Origin: Klebsiella phage iPHaGe-KPN-11i
Direction: 5' to 3' (one strand)
DNA length: 64,000 nt
Sequence record: OR637327.1
The notes under the pieces are model-generated. The model made no database searches. It worked only from the letters and a program-made list of their open reading frames with translations, and was not told the DNA's origin. The position numbers and the translations under genes are program-made. Every line of letters starts with the position of its first letter. The stretch's first letter is position 1. This document shows, piece after piece, positions 36,097 to 45,042 of this stretch.

Positions 36097-37108
36097 TTGA
36101 CACCTCCGCGTATAGTTCGCTAATCAGCTTATTCACTTCCTCTTTTTCATCGTCGGTGATCTGCATGTTGGCGATATACTCAGTGATAAGCCCACGAACG
36201 GTTTTGATTTCAAAGTCGGTATCGACATCTGAATCTGTTTTAACTTTGTCTATGATGTTGATTTCATAGGCAATTTCTTCGATTTTGGTTTGGAACTTTG
36301 CAAGCCCCTGATCAATTTCACTAACAATCAGACGCACCGCGCAGTTGCGGAACTGTTCAAGATCAACATCTTTCTGTGCTGGATACATGATCCGGCGATG
36401 GTGGCACACAGGGTTAGCGATGAAAGTCAATTCAGGCTTGCCCGTAAACACATAGAAACCGCGTGTTTCGTCTTCGTCGTTCGCGCTCATAGTCAGAGGC
36501 GTACCGATGTAAAACACGTTGTCACCTTCGTTAGCGTGGTGATAGTGTCCAGAGTAAACACGATCGTACTTCTTCAAGAAATCAGGTTCCAGCCCATGAT
36601 CGGCTTTGCTGTTCTTGTAGAAATAGTAACCAGACAGTTCGAAGTGTCCCAAACAAAAGTTAGCTTTCGATTGTTTGATGTAGTCAAAAATACGCTGGCT
36701 GTTTTCCTGACAAATCCACGGGATTAGGTCAATCGAATTTCCGCCACCTAAATCAACCGTGGTCGGTTCGTCGATGACATTAAAGCATTCGTATTGACTT
36801 AGTATCTCGCGTGGCGCGTTGGGGCGTATTTTGTCCTTAAATTGGCAATCGTGGTTGCCGACAAGAACATCCAGAGTGATCCCCGCCTCAATCAGAAGAG
36901 GAACCAGCTTTTCACGAACAAAATTCATTGTCGTTTGTGTGGTTGCTTTTCGAACGTCGAAGAAGTCGCCAGCATGGAAGCCGCGCGTGATCCCGTGTTC
37001 TTTGCAATACTCGACGATCTGTTTGAATACCGCATACAGGTTTTCTTCGTTCCAGGGGTTATCCTGGCGAAGTCCGGCATGGGTATCCCCAATTAAAACA
37101 TAGTTCAT
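36089..37108 (-). CDS. 47: recombination endonuclease subunit gp47 (SbcD/Mre11-like phosphoesterase)
   Basis: LIGDTHAG, GNHD and GHYH phosphoesterase motifs; 339 aa, as in T4. Confidence 0.85.
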   Translation of the reverse strand: MNYVLIGDTHAGLRQDNPWNEENLYAVFKQIVEYCKEHGITRGFHAGDFFDVRKATTQTTMNFVREKLVPLLIEAGITLDVLVGNHDCQFKDKIRPNAPREILSQYECFNVIDEPTTVDLGGGNSIDLIPWICQENSQRIFDYIKQSKANFCLGHFELSGYYFYKNSKADHGLEPDFLKKYDRVYSGHYHHANEGDNVFYIGTPLTMSANDEDETRGFYVFTGKPELTFIANPVCHHRRIMYPAQKDVDLEQFRNCAVRLIVSEIDQGLAKFQTKIEEIAYEINIIDKVKTDSDVDTDFEIKTVRGLITEYIANMQITDDEKEEVNKLISELYAEVSSA

Positions 37109-37133
37109 ATAAACCTCAAACCCCCGAAGGGGT

Positions 37134-37478
37134 TTATTTGCCGTATTTTTCAGAAGCCATGATGAACAGGTCTTTCAACTGCTGGTTCGAAGTGATCCAC
37201 ATCGTTTCAATCAGTTCATCGTTGTATGGTTGCTTGAGCATATCACGCATCTTTTTGATCGCGTATACGTACTGCTCTTTGTTACCTTCGAAGAGTGCGT
37301 TCTCTGCGTGTTTATGCAGTCGCTTCCATTCCGCCTTGTTCTTCCGCATGAACTTTTGCGCTTTGCGTAGGGCTTCCTGTTCAATGCGTGTACCCTTGAT
37401 GGAGTCCAGTTCTTCTTCACGAAGATCCAGCGCTGATTTTTGGTGTACTTCGTCGATTACTTCATGCTGCACGTTCAT
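37134..37478 (-). CDS. hypothetical protein
   Basis: 114 aa in the position occupied by alpha-gt in T4; no glycosyltransferase features. Confidence 0.45.
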   Translation of the reverse strand: MNVQHEVIDEVHQKSALDLREEELDSIKGTRIEQEALRKAQKFMRKNKAEWKRLHKHAENALFEGNKEQYVYAIKKMRDMLKQPYNDELIETMWITSNQQLKDLFIMASEKYGK

Positions 37479-37689
37479 AGTAAGTGATCTCCATGATCAT
37501 TGTTTCGGCGTTTATTACATAGTCCAGACGACCTTCTGTTATCTGGAAGTCTGGATCTCGTACATCTGTAGGGTCGATGATAATCGGAACCCCGACGTTC
37601 TGCAACTCTAATTTCACAAGGTAAGGAAGCAGATCAATTTCGTCGTTAGCATCTGCTAAAATTTTGTTCAGATCAATTTTAATTTTCAT
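37462..37689 (-). CDS. hypothetical acidic protein
   Basis: 75 aa. Confidence 0.4.
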   Translation of the reverse strand: MKIKIDLNKILADANDEIDLLPYLVKLELQNVGVPIIIDPTDVRDPDFQITEGRLDYVINAETMIMEITYYERAA

Positions 37690-38201
37690 AGAAACATTTC
37701 CAATGTTGGCGATTCGTCCACAACCTCGATTTTATCTTTGGGTTTTTTCGCGGACTCTTCATACTGATTAAGTTTGTCATGGATATCCTGAATGAAAGTT
37801 TCATCGGCTATCGTGGTCATATCAGTATCATCGCTGTCATAGACATGTTCCAGGAAGTATTTGTATTTCTTCGCGTTCTCTTTCTTCTCGTAGAGAATAC
37901 GAGTTACAAACGCTTGCCAGCAAGCCTTGTTGATGTAACCGTAGACGTTTGTATATTTGGTTTCGTCAAAGTTATGAAGGCCGGAAATCGTTGCCGAAAT
38001 TCCATCGTCGATCATATCCATTTTCCAGTCTTCGGAATAACGGTTGAAGTTGTATCGACGTGCCAAACCGTGAGCAATGTTCATAATCGCAATACCGAGT
38101 TCATCCGGCATCTTACGATCACCAGTTTCACGGATTTGCTGTTTCCACTTACACATAACTGGATACAGCTTATCATTATCTGCATAAATCTTTGTAGTCA
38201 T
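37686..38201 (-). CDS. 55: late-transcription sigma factor gp55
   Basis: GLHNFDETKYTNVYGYINKACWQAFVTRI...KKYKYFLEHVYDSDDTDM aligns with T4 gp55; start moved to ATG 38201 (GGAG SD) inside ORF 37686..38267. Confidence 0.8.
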   Translation of the reverse strand: MTTKIYADNDKLYPVMCKWKQQIRETGDRKMPDELGIAIMNIAHGLARRYNFNRYSEDWKMDMIDDGISATISGLHNFDETKYTNVYGYINKACWQAFVTRILYEKKENAKKYKYFLEHVYDSDDTDMTTIADETFIQDIHDKLNQYEESAKKPKDKIEVVDESPTLEMFL

Positions 38202-38289
38202 TATATTCTCCAAATTGAATACATTCATTATAGCCGATTGAATCAGGTGTTTCAAACCTACTTCCAATCTATATTATTTAATAAAATCA

Positions 38290-38446
38290 GCGAGAAGCGC
38301 TTCCGTGAGCGAAGCGAAACGGATAGTTAAACTGGTTAAAAAGTAAACGAAAAACTACATTTTTCTCTATATATAAAATATAAAAATTTAAAAGTGTAGT
38401 TATGTAGTTAGACACTCACTTCGTTCGTGTCCTTCGCTTCGCTCAG
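38290..38446. repeat. nested inverted repeats around an AT-rich core in the divergent 55/rnh intergenic region
   Basis: TGAGCGAAGCGAA (38306-38318) pairs with TTCGCTTCGCTCA (about 38432-38444); inner AACTACAT pairs with ATGTAGTT; core ttttctctatatataaaatataaaaattt; palindrome GAAGCGCTTC. Confidence 0.55.
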
Positions 38447-38463
38447 ATTTTTGAAATGATCTA

Positions 38464-38491
38464 TTGACTTTGAAAAAGTGATCACTATAAT
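38464..38491 (+). promoter_or_regulatory. sigma70-type early promoter for rnh (TTGACT-16-TATAAT)
   Basis: Consensus -35 and -10 hexamers with 16-bp spacing, 32 bp upstream of the rnh ATG. Confidence 0.65.
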
Positions 38492-38522
38492 CAGTTTCAT
38501 TCAACAACAACGAGGTATTGAA

Positions 38523-39458
38523 ATGTCTTCATTTGCAAGTATGTTCAACCTGAACAGCTTAATGAGCAATGACGATGATCCTGTTGATGTGATGTGTATA
38601 GATATTTCAAACCTTTCGGTAGCAACGTTGATGAACAACTTCAAGCCGAAAGACCAGAATGACATCAACCAACAAATTGTTCGTCACATAGTGCTTGACA
38701 CCATTCGTCACAATGTGGTTAAATTCAAAGGCGAGTACCCTGAAATTGTTCTAGCCTTTGATGATAACAAGTATTGGCGCAGAAGTAAAGCCTGGTACTA
38801 CAAAAAGAAACGAAAAATGGAACAAGAAGCATCGGATTGGGACTGGGATCGTCTGAATGGTTTCCTTCACCCGACATACGATGAAATCCGTGCTAATCTA
38901 CCGTACAAAGGTATCCGCGTTGACTTCGCAGAAGCCGATGACGTGATCGGTGTAGTGACGCGTAAAGCGGTATCCGAAGGTAAACGTGTCCTGATCGTTT
39001 CTGCTGATGGTGACTTTGCAGCCCTTCAAAAATATCAGGGTGTGCGTCAGTGGTCGCCAACCCAAAAGAAATGGGTTACACCGAAATATGGTTCACCGCG
39101 TAACGATTTGCGCATGAAGATCATTAAGGGCGATAAAAAAGATAGTATCGCTTGCATTAAAATGCGAAATGACTATATTGTTACGAAGGTTGAAGGAGAA
39201 CGCGCCCCACAAATCAGGGCTGCTGAACTCGAAGCCTGGCTGGAAGCGGACGATCCGACCGTTGGTATGCCCGAAGAGTGGGCGATCCGTTACAGAGAAA
39301 ACGAAGAACTTCGCGACTTTGATTTTATTCCGAAAGATGTTGCAACGGCAATCGAAGAAGCGTATAATGCTCCAAAAATCGGGAACAAAGCAAAAATGGA
39401 GAAATACTTCATGGAATGCAAACTTACCCGTATGTATGAAAAACTAAGTGACTTTTGA
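38523..39458 (+). CDS. rnh: RNase H / 5'-3' flap exonuclease (FEN-1 family)
   Basis: WRRSKAWYYKKKRK, SDWDWD, SADGDFAALQKY and KGDKKDSIACIKMRNDY are collinear with T4 RNase H. Confidence 0.85.
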   Translation: MSSFASMFNLNSLMSNDDDPVDVMCIDISNLSVATLMNNFKPKDQNDINQQIVRHIVLDTIRHNVVKFKGEYPEIVLAFDDNKYWRRSKAWYYKKKRKMEQEASDWDWDRLNGFLHPTYDEIRANLPYKGIRVDFAEADDVIGVVTRKAVSEGKRVLIVSADGDFAALQKYQGVRQWSPTQKKWVTPKYGSPRNDLRMKIIKGDKKDSIACIKMRNDYIVTKVEGERAPQIRAAELEAWLEADDPTVGMPEEWAIRYRENEELRDFDFIPKDVATAIEEAYNAPKIGNKAKMEKYFMECKLTRMYEKLSDF

Positions 39459-39467
39459 GGTAACAAA

Positions 39468-39731
39468 ATGAGTGTAGAATTACTGCAAGAAAACCCAGAC
39501 ATCGCTAAAGCGGTTAAAGAACTGATCAAAGAAGCGTCGAACGTGAAAACTCAGATCGAACATTTCCAGGGTTCTTTCAAAGACATCAAATCCAAAGCAA
39601 AAACGGATTATGGTATCGACGGTAAAACCTTCGGCAAGCTGTTCAAACTGTATCACGAACAGGCACGTACCGCGTTCGAAGAACAGAACAACGAACTTAT
39701 CGAACTGTACGATGTGATCGATAAGGCGTAA
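39468..39731 (+). CDS. dsbA: DsbA-like late-promoter dsDNA-binding protein (synteny-based)
   Basis: 87 aa between rnh and gene 33 as in T4. Confidence 0.45.
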   Translation: MSVELLQENPDIAKAVKELIKEASNVKTQIEHFQGSFKDIKSKAKTDYGIDGKTFGKLFKLYHEQARTAFEEQNNELIELYDVIDKA

Positions 39732-39732
39732 T

Positions 39733-39984
39733 ATGAGCGAAATCGGAAACAAAACCGAAGTCGGCTTGTATATCGAAAATCTGGTTGCCTCTGAGGGGGC
39801 AACCTACATGGAAGCTACGTTACAATGGATGGACGAAAACAGCATTGATTATGCTATGCTGTCCAAAACCGTACCGAAAGCGATCATCGACAAGATTAGC
39901 GACGAAGCCATTAAAAACAATCTGCTGCGTCCTTCTGTGGCTAAAGACCACGCGACGACGCAAACACTGGATGATTTCATGTGA
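39733..39984 (+). CDS. 33: late transcription co-activator gp33-like
   Basis: 83 aa with hydrophobic C-terminal tail ...TLDDFM; synteny dsbA-33-59. Confidence 0.5.
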   Translation: MSEIGNKTEVGLYIENLVASEGATYMEATLQWMDENSIDYAMLSKTVPKAIIDKISDEAIKNNLLRPSVAKDHATTQTLDDFM

Positions 39985-40646
39985 AATTTAAAACCCCGTT
40001 TGACAGTTCAGACGCTAATTCCCGTTTGAAACCGATCGCGGTATACAAACTGTATCTGGTGATGAAAAATCACTTTGCTGGGAAGTATGACGCGATCAAG
40101 TACAAATGGGAAATAAAGATCACTGAAAAAGCGTTCGAAAAGAGAAGAGATAAGTATTTTTTCAAAAAGTTAGCCGAAAGGTTTACATTTAAAGAAATAT
40201 ATCTTATACTTCTCTCCAACATGGTAGCTAACCCCGACTTCTGGGTCGGGGATGTAGACGAAGATACGATCGTGTTTTATCGTCAATACATAGGCAAGTT
40301 GAGGCGAATTGATAATATTTTCGTGGACGATGTAAAAAACCTGTATGAATTTTCCCGCATGAAAGGTATTCCCCTCTCAACGGTGTTTCAGTATAGCGTC
40401 AAATCATCAACCTCGTATATCAGCAAACTCGTACAGTCTGGGGTGATTTCTTATGAATCATTCTTGATCCTCGACTCGTTTTTAGACATCATAAATAAAC
40501 ACGATGAAATCGCAACGGATTTCGTCTGGAATGAATTTAGTAAAAAACTAAACGCATACAGAAAATTAGTTGAAATCAGTAACGAAGAAATCGTAAAATA
40601 CCGAAACTTAATGAAACAAACTTTAATTAACTTAAACGAGAAATAA
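39981..40646 (+). CDS. 59: helicase loader gp59
   Basis: AVYKLYLVMKNHFAGKYDAIKYKWEIKITEKAFEKRRDKYFFKKLAE aligns with T4 gp59 (SVYKLYLMIKQHMNGKYDVIKYNW...QKRRDKYFFQKLSE). Confidence 0.8.
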   Translation: MKFKTPFDSSDANSRLKPIAVYKLYLVMKNHFAGKYDAIKYKWEIKITEKAFEKRRDKYFFKKLAERFTFKEIYLILLSNMVANPDFWVGDVDEDTIVFYRQYIGKLRRIDNIFVDDVKNLYEFSRMKGIPLSTVFQYSVKSSTSYISKLVQSGVISYESFLILDSFLDIINKHDEIATDFVWNEFSKKLNAYRKLVEISNEEIVKYRNLMKQTLINLNEK

Positions 40647-40649
40647 CAT

Positions 40650-41630
40650 ATGTCATTCTTTAAACGTCAAGATCCAACCAAACTGCAAGAACAAGTCGCC
40701 GCTCTGAAAGGTTCATCCGGCTTCCAGAAAGATGAAAAAGAGTGGAAACTCGGTGTCGATGCACAGAAAAACGGTTCTGCGGTGATCCGCTTCCTGCCTA
40801 ACCGATCTGATGATGAACTGGCGTTCGTGCGTATCGTCAACCATTCATTCAAAAAGAATAACCAGTGGTTCATCGAAAACTGCCCGTCTACCCACGGCGA
40901 TTACGATGCTTGCCCTGTGTGTCAGTATATCTCTGAAAACGATCTGTTCGAAAAAGCGAAAGTGAAAGGCAGCGAAGCCGAAAAAACACTGGGTATGATC
41001 GGACGTAAACAATCGTTCTGGGCGAACATTCTGGTGGTTAAAGATCCAATGCACCCGGAAAACGAAGGTAAGGTGTTTAAGTTCCGCTTCGGTAAAAAGA
41101 TCATGGATAAAATCACTGCGGCTATCGCGGGGAACCCAGATCTGGATGAACCAGGTGTTGCTGTGACCTGTCCGTTTGGTGGCGCTAACTTCACCCTGAC
41201 CGCGAAGAAAGTAGGCGACTGGCCTAACTACGACGACAGCAAATTTGGTGTTCCTGGCCCAATCAAAGGCATCGAAGACGAAGCGCGTCAGAAAGAAATC
41301 TTCGAAGGTATGAGCGATCTGCGTCCAATCACTGCTCCAGACCAGTTCAAACCAACTGCGGAACTGACCGCGAAGTTCACCAAAGTATTCGGTGGTGCTG
41401 CAATGGGTGCTGGCGCAAGCGCTGGTGCGGATCTGGATTCAGAACTGAACTCATTTGACAACGAACTGAAAAACTTCGATAATGGCAACCAGTCCAAAGG
41501 TGCTAAAGAATCTGGTGGCGTAAGTCAACTGAACGTAGGCGGAAGCGTACCGGAAGATGATAATACCCCTCCGTTTGATCTGGAAGGTGGTTCCGGTGAT
41601 GACGACCTGGATAAACTGCTGGATCTGTAA
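40650..41630 (+). CDS. 32: ssDNA-binding protein gp32
   Basis: WKLGVDAQKNGSAVIRFLP, STHGDYDACPVCQYISENDL zinc site, ANILVVKDPMHPENEGKVFKFRFGKKI and acidic C-terminal tail match T4 gp32. Confidence 0.9.
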   Translation: MSFFKRQDPTKLQEQVAALKGSSGFQKDEKEWKLGVDAQKNGSAVIRFLPNRSDDELAFVRIVNHSFKKNNQWFIENCPSTHGDYDACPVCQYISENDLFEKAKVKGSEAEKTLGMIGRKQSFWANILVVKDPMHPENEGKVFKFRFGKKIMDKITAAIAGNPDLDEPGVAVTCPFGGANFTLTAKKVGDWPNYDDSKFGVPGPIKGIEDEARQKEIFEGMSDLRPITAPDQFKPTAELTAKFTKVFGGAAMGAGASAGADLDSELNSFDNELKNFDNGNQSKGAKESGGVSQLNVGGSVPEDDNTPPFDLEGGSGDDDLDKLLDL

Positions 41631-41675
41631 TGCTTACGGGGGCGAAAGCCCCCAATTTGAAAGTTTGAGGTAGAT

Positions 41676-41960
41676 ATGAATTTAGAACAAAACGTATATG
41701 TAGCGCATCTGAACAACGTTCGCAAATCCTGGGTAGGTAAAGTGCCGGAAAACATCAAAGAGATTTTCCGTGCGATGCCTCAAGCTGAACGCTTTGAGCA
41801 TTACAAACGGATCGACGAAGCAGTAAGCGCAGTACATACCGGATTGATTCACGACGCTCGCGAAGCGGGTACGAAAATCACAGAATCCAAAAGCAAAGAA
41901 TTCCTTGACAATGCGGCGGATCGCGTTGTAGAATCCCTGATTAACGGCACTTTTGCCTAA
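41676..41960 (+). CDS. hypothetical protein between genes 32 and 45
   Basis: 94-aa ORF; SD gaggtagatATG. Confidence 0.45.
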   Translation: MNLEQNVYVAHLNNVRKSWVGKVPENIKEIFRAMPQAERFEHYKRIDEAVSAVHTGLIHDAREAGTKITESKSKEFLDNAADRVVESLINGTFA

Positions 41961-41974
41961 TTGAAAACTATAGG

Positions 41975-42646
41975 TTGAATATGAAATTCTCTAAACAAAC
42001 GATCGACATCCTGAAAAACTTCTCCCAGATCAACCCGTCTGTAATGCTGAAAAAGGGTTCGTTCATTATGACGAAATCCATCAACAGCGTAGTTTACGCA
42101 GAAGCAACGATTTCTGACGTAATTGACGAAGATGTAGGTATCTACGATCTGAACTCATTCCTGAACATGCTGAACGTTGTAGGCACTGATGCCGAAGTAA
42201 CTCACGATCTGTCCACTGGCGAAATCGTCATTCGTGGTGAGAAAATGAAAATCGTTGAGCGTTCAAGCGATCCAACCACAATCGTACAGCCTAAGAAGCG
42301 TCTGGAAATGCCAGTTGCGGATCTGATTTTCCAGATTAGCGCGAACGATTTCGAAAAACTGATCAAAGCGTCACGCATGATGAAACTGACCGACCTGTCT
42401 GTTGAGCCAATCAACGGCAAGCTGGTAATCACCGCGAAAAGTAAAGAAAGCCAGTCAACCTTCTCTGTGGAAGTGGGCGATTACGAAGGTGATAACATGT
42501 TCAACTTCGATATGAAGATTGACAACATGCAGTTCATCAACAGCGATTACAAAGTTGAAATCTCTTCTCGCGGCGCTGCGAAATTCTCGTCCGAAAACGG
42601 CGTTGCGTATGTAGTGGTACTTGAAGCAACCAGCCAGTTCAAGTAA
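41975..42646 (+). CDS. 45: sliding clamp gp45
   Basis: ILKNFSQINPSVMLKKGSFIMT...SDVIDEDVGIYDLNSFLNML and C-terminal YVVVLEATSQFK match T4 gp45. Confidence 0.9.
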   Translation: MNMKFSKQTIDILKNFSQINPSVMLKKGSFIMTKSINSVVYAEATISDVIDEDVGIYDLNSFLNMLNVVGTDAEVTHDLSTGEIVIRGEKMKIVERSSDPTTIVQPKKRLEMPVADLIFQISANDFEKLIKASRMMKLTDLSVEPINGKLVITAKSKESQSTFSVEVGDYEGDNMFNFDMKIDNMQFINSDYKVEISSRGAAKFSSENGVAYVVVLEATSQFK

Positions 42647-42666
42647 GATAAACAAAGTAGTACACA

Positions 42667-42687
42667 AGGGGCGTTAAGCCCCTTTTT
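42667..42687 (+). terminator. rho-independent terminator after gene 45
   Basis: ggggcgttaagcccc followed by ttttt. Confidence 0.6.
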
Positions 42688-42710
42688 GATAATCAATTGA
42701 AGGTAATATT

Positions 42711-43709
42711 ATGGAACTTAGTGAAAACGTACAGTTAATCGAAACCAAATACGGCAAAATCTCCCAGTCTCCCGAAGAATTCGCATGGGATCAGCGCTAT
42801 CGCCCGACGACGATCGATGAATGCATTCTCCCTGCTGCTGATAAAGCGACGATGCGCGGCTTCATCAAGTCTGGACGAATCGACAACATGACTCTGGTTT
42901 CTGATTCCCCAGGTACGGGTAAAACAACGCTGGCGCTGGTTCTGGCTAACGAAGTTGATGCGGAAGTGATGTTTGTCAACGGTTCCGATTGTGGTGTGAA
43001 CTTCATCCGTAACGAACTGGATCGTTACGCGTCCTCTATGACGCAGAAGAAAGGCGGTAAAATCATTCTGATTGACGAATTCGATCGCCCAGGCATGGCA
43101 GAAGCACAGAAGCACATGCGTAGCTTTATCGAAGCGTACAGCAAGAACGTTACTGTTATGATCACCGCGAACAACATCAACGGGATTCACCCTGCGCTGA
43201 TCTCCCGCTGTCCGGTAGTCAAGTTCGGTTCCCCGTCGAAGGAAGAACGCGTTGAACTGATGAAGCAAATGATCAAACGCTGTTTCGGTATCCTCGAAAT
43301 CGAGAAAATCGAATATGACCAGCAGGTGATCGCCGGATTCGTTAAGAAGCACTACCCAGACGCGCGATCCATCGTTAAAGCTCTTGGGTTCTATTCTAAG
43401 CGCGGCAAAATTGATGCTGGTATTCTGTCTGAGATTGTTGGTTCGGATATCACACCAGTAATTGAGGGGCTTAAAGCGAAGAACTTCAAAGCACTGCGAG
43501 CCGAAGCAATCAAGTACGCGCCTGAGTATGAAACTTTCCTGGCTAAACTTCTGGATGCGGTATACCCGATCGTCACCAACGAATCTAAGGTTGCACTCAT
43601 TCAGGCAGTAGGCGAAAACAACGCACAGTACGGGCTGGCAGTGAACAAAGAGATTCACCTGCAATACCTGTTCATGGGCTTAATGCTTACCCTCGCGTGG
43701 GAGGCTTAA
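42711..43709 (+). CDS. 44: clamp loader large subunit gp44 (AAA+)
   Basis: KYRPTTIDECILPA, Walker A SPGTGKTT, ILIDEFDR, SRC sensor motif; collinear with T4 gp44. Confidence 0.9.
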   Translation: MELSENVQLIETKYGKISQSPEEFAWDQRYRPTTIDECILPAADKATMRGFIKSGRIDNMTLVSDSPGTGKTTLALVLANEVDAEVMFVNGSDCGVNFIRNELDRYASSMTQKKGGKIILIDEFDRPGMAEAQKHMRSFIEAYSKNVTVMITANNINGIHPALISRCPVVKFGSPSKEERVELMKQMIKRCFGILEIEKIEYDQQVIAGFVKKHYPDARSIVKALGFYSKRGKIDAGILSEIVGSDITPVIEGLKAKNFKALRAEAIKYAPEYETFLAKLLDAVYPIVTNESKVALIQAVGENNAQYGLAVNKEIHLQYLFMGLMLTLAWEA

Positions 43710-43711
43710 AA

Positions 43712-44284
43712 ATGTCACTGGCTGCTTTTCTCGATGAAGAAGAACTGAACGAACATGAAGCGGCCTGGCGTTCTAAAGACTGGGACAAGATCGAAGAACT
43801 TGTGAAAGAGTACACCAAAGACAAGGAAAACACCTTGTTTATGGTGCTCGAAGAACTGAACAACGGGAAGACACCATTACGGATCTCTGCCCTTGATTCA
43901 TACGATAAGTTTTTCATCGACAATGCAATGAGCCAGCATATCGAAACGCTGATTCCTGCATACACGATGAATATGATCGGTTCCGGTTTACCAGACCAGG
44001 CGCACTTTGATTATTACCTGCATACGGTGCGCAAAGGTAAGCGGTTCGGGGCGTGGGCTAAACTCACCGAAGATAACGAAATGAAAGTTATCCTTCATGT
44101 TCTCCAAAAACGATACGGTGTAAATACATGTATAGCAATGGAATATTACGAAGAACTCAAACAGCTTGAAAAACTGGACGAGTGGAAGCGGAAAAATATG
44201 AAAGTTGCTTTATCTGTGTTGGCTGATGTTGTGAAAAATAAAACCGACCAGAAAAAGGTTGAACAACTAATAAAGAAATGGTGA
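43712..44284 (+). CDS. 62: clamp loader small subunit gp62
   Basis: MSLAAFLDEEELNEHEAAWRSKDW parallels T4 gp62 MSLFKDDIQLNEHQVAWYSKDW; ATG 43712 with GGGAGG SD, coupled to the gene 44 stop. Confidence 0.75.
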   Translation: MSLAAFLDEEELNEHEAAWRSKDWDKIEELVKEYTKDKENTLFMVLEELNNGKTPLRISALDSYDKFFIDNAMSQHIETLIPAYTMNMIGSGLPDQAHFDYYLHTVRKGKRFGAWAKLTEDNEMKVILHVLQKRYGVNTCIAMEYYEELKQLEKLDEWKRKNMKVALSVLADVVKNKTDQKKVEQLIKKW

Positions 44285-44287
44285 TGT

Positions 44288-44656
44288 ATGAACATGCTCG
44301 AAATTAAACTGTCCAGCGATGACAGTTTCCTGAAAATTCGCGAAACGCTGACCCGCATCGGGATCGCAAATAACAAAAAGAAAATGTTGTGGCAGTCTTG
44401 CCACATCCTACAGAAACAAGGGCGTTATTTTATCGTACACTTCAAAGAACTGTTGAAGCTGGACGGTCGCCAGGTTGACATGACCGAAGATGACGAACTG
44501 CGCCGCAATAACATTGCGCGACTTCTGGAAGAGTGGGGTATGGTTTCCATCCTTACGCCGGATCTGAAATTCTCCGAAGAGAACAACTTCCGCGTACTGA
44601 CTCACGCACAAAAAGCTGAATGGACTTTGAAATACAAGTACCGGATCGGTCATTAA
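44288..44656 (+). CDS. regA: translational repressor RegA
   Basis: KIRETLTRIGIANNKKKMLWQSCHILQKQGRYFIVHFKELLKLDGRQVDMTEDDELRRNNIA is nearly identical to T4 RegA. Confidence 0.85.
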   Translation: MNMLEIKLSSDDSFLKIRETLTRIGIANNKKKMLWQSCHILQKQGRYFIVHFKELLKLDGRQVDMTEDDELRRNNIARLLEEWGMVSILTPDLKFSEENNFRVLTHAQKAEWTLKYKYRIGH

Positions 44657-44657
44657 T

Positions 44658-44724
44658 CAAAAGCCCTTGCAGAAATGCAGGGGCTTTGTTATATTGGTTG
44701 TACACCACTTGTGAGGACTAAATT
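44658..44724 (+). promoter_or_regulatory. hairpin + TTGTTATATT promoter-like cassette
   Basis: aaaagcccttgcagaaatgcaggggctttgttatattggttg shares hairpin and TTGTTATATT with the cassettes at 4056 and 58589. Confidence 0.45.
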
Positions 44725-45042
44725 ATGAAAATTCGTATTGAAGAAATCATCAAAGCTATTGAATCCGGCGATCACTTGATCAACCGTCTGCATAGCGAAG
44801 ACATCAAACTGTCTCTTACTTGCAATCTCTCTGATCTGCGCACCTACGCATACGCGCGGGATCACTTCCCTAAGTTCTATACTCGCATCATGGAAGAATA
44901 TACCGTGCTAGTTGAACAACTAAATCGGCCTGACACCCAACGCTATCACAAATTAGCGCAACGCTCGCTTGATCTGACCAAGCTGGCTGGGGTATCATTC
45001 CTGTCACGATTAAACACGGAGAAAGAAAACCGTAATGAATGA
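44725..45042 (+). CDS. hypothetical protein inserted between regA and gene 43
   Basis: 105-aa ORF; its stop overlaps the gene 43 start (ATGAATGA). Confidence 0.5.
   Translation: MKIRIEEIIKAIESGDHLINRLHSEDIKLSLTCNLSDLRTYAYARDHFPKFYTRIMEEYTVLVEQLNRPDTQRYHKLAQRSLDLTKLAGVSFLSRLNTEKENRNE

Noticed and set aside
42735-43664. 309-aa ORF antisense to gene 44; similar long antisense ORFs at 45659-46546 (inside gene 43), 48129-48803 (inside uvsX), 25704-26378 (inside nrdB), 28622-29248 (inside nrdA/td) and 63046-63927 (inside gene 39)
   Set aside because: Each lies entirely within a confidently identified conserved gene on the opposite strand and has no SD or family resemblance. They are frame artefacts of a moderately GC-rich coding strand.
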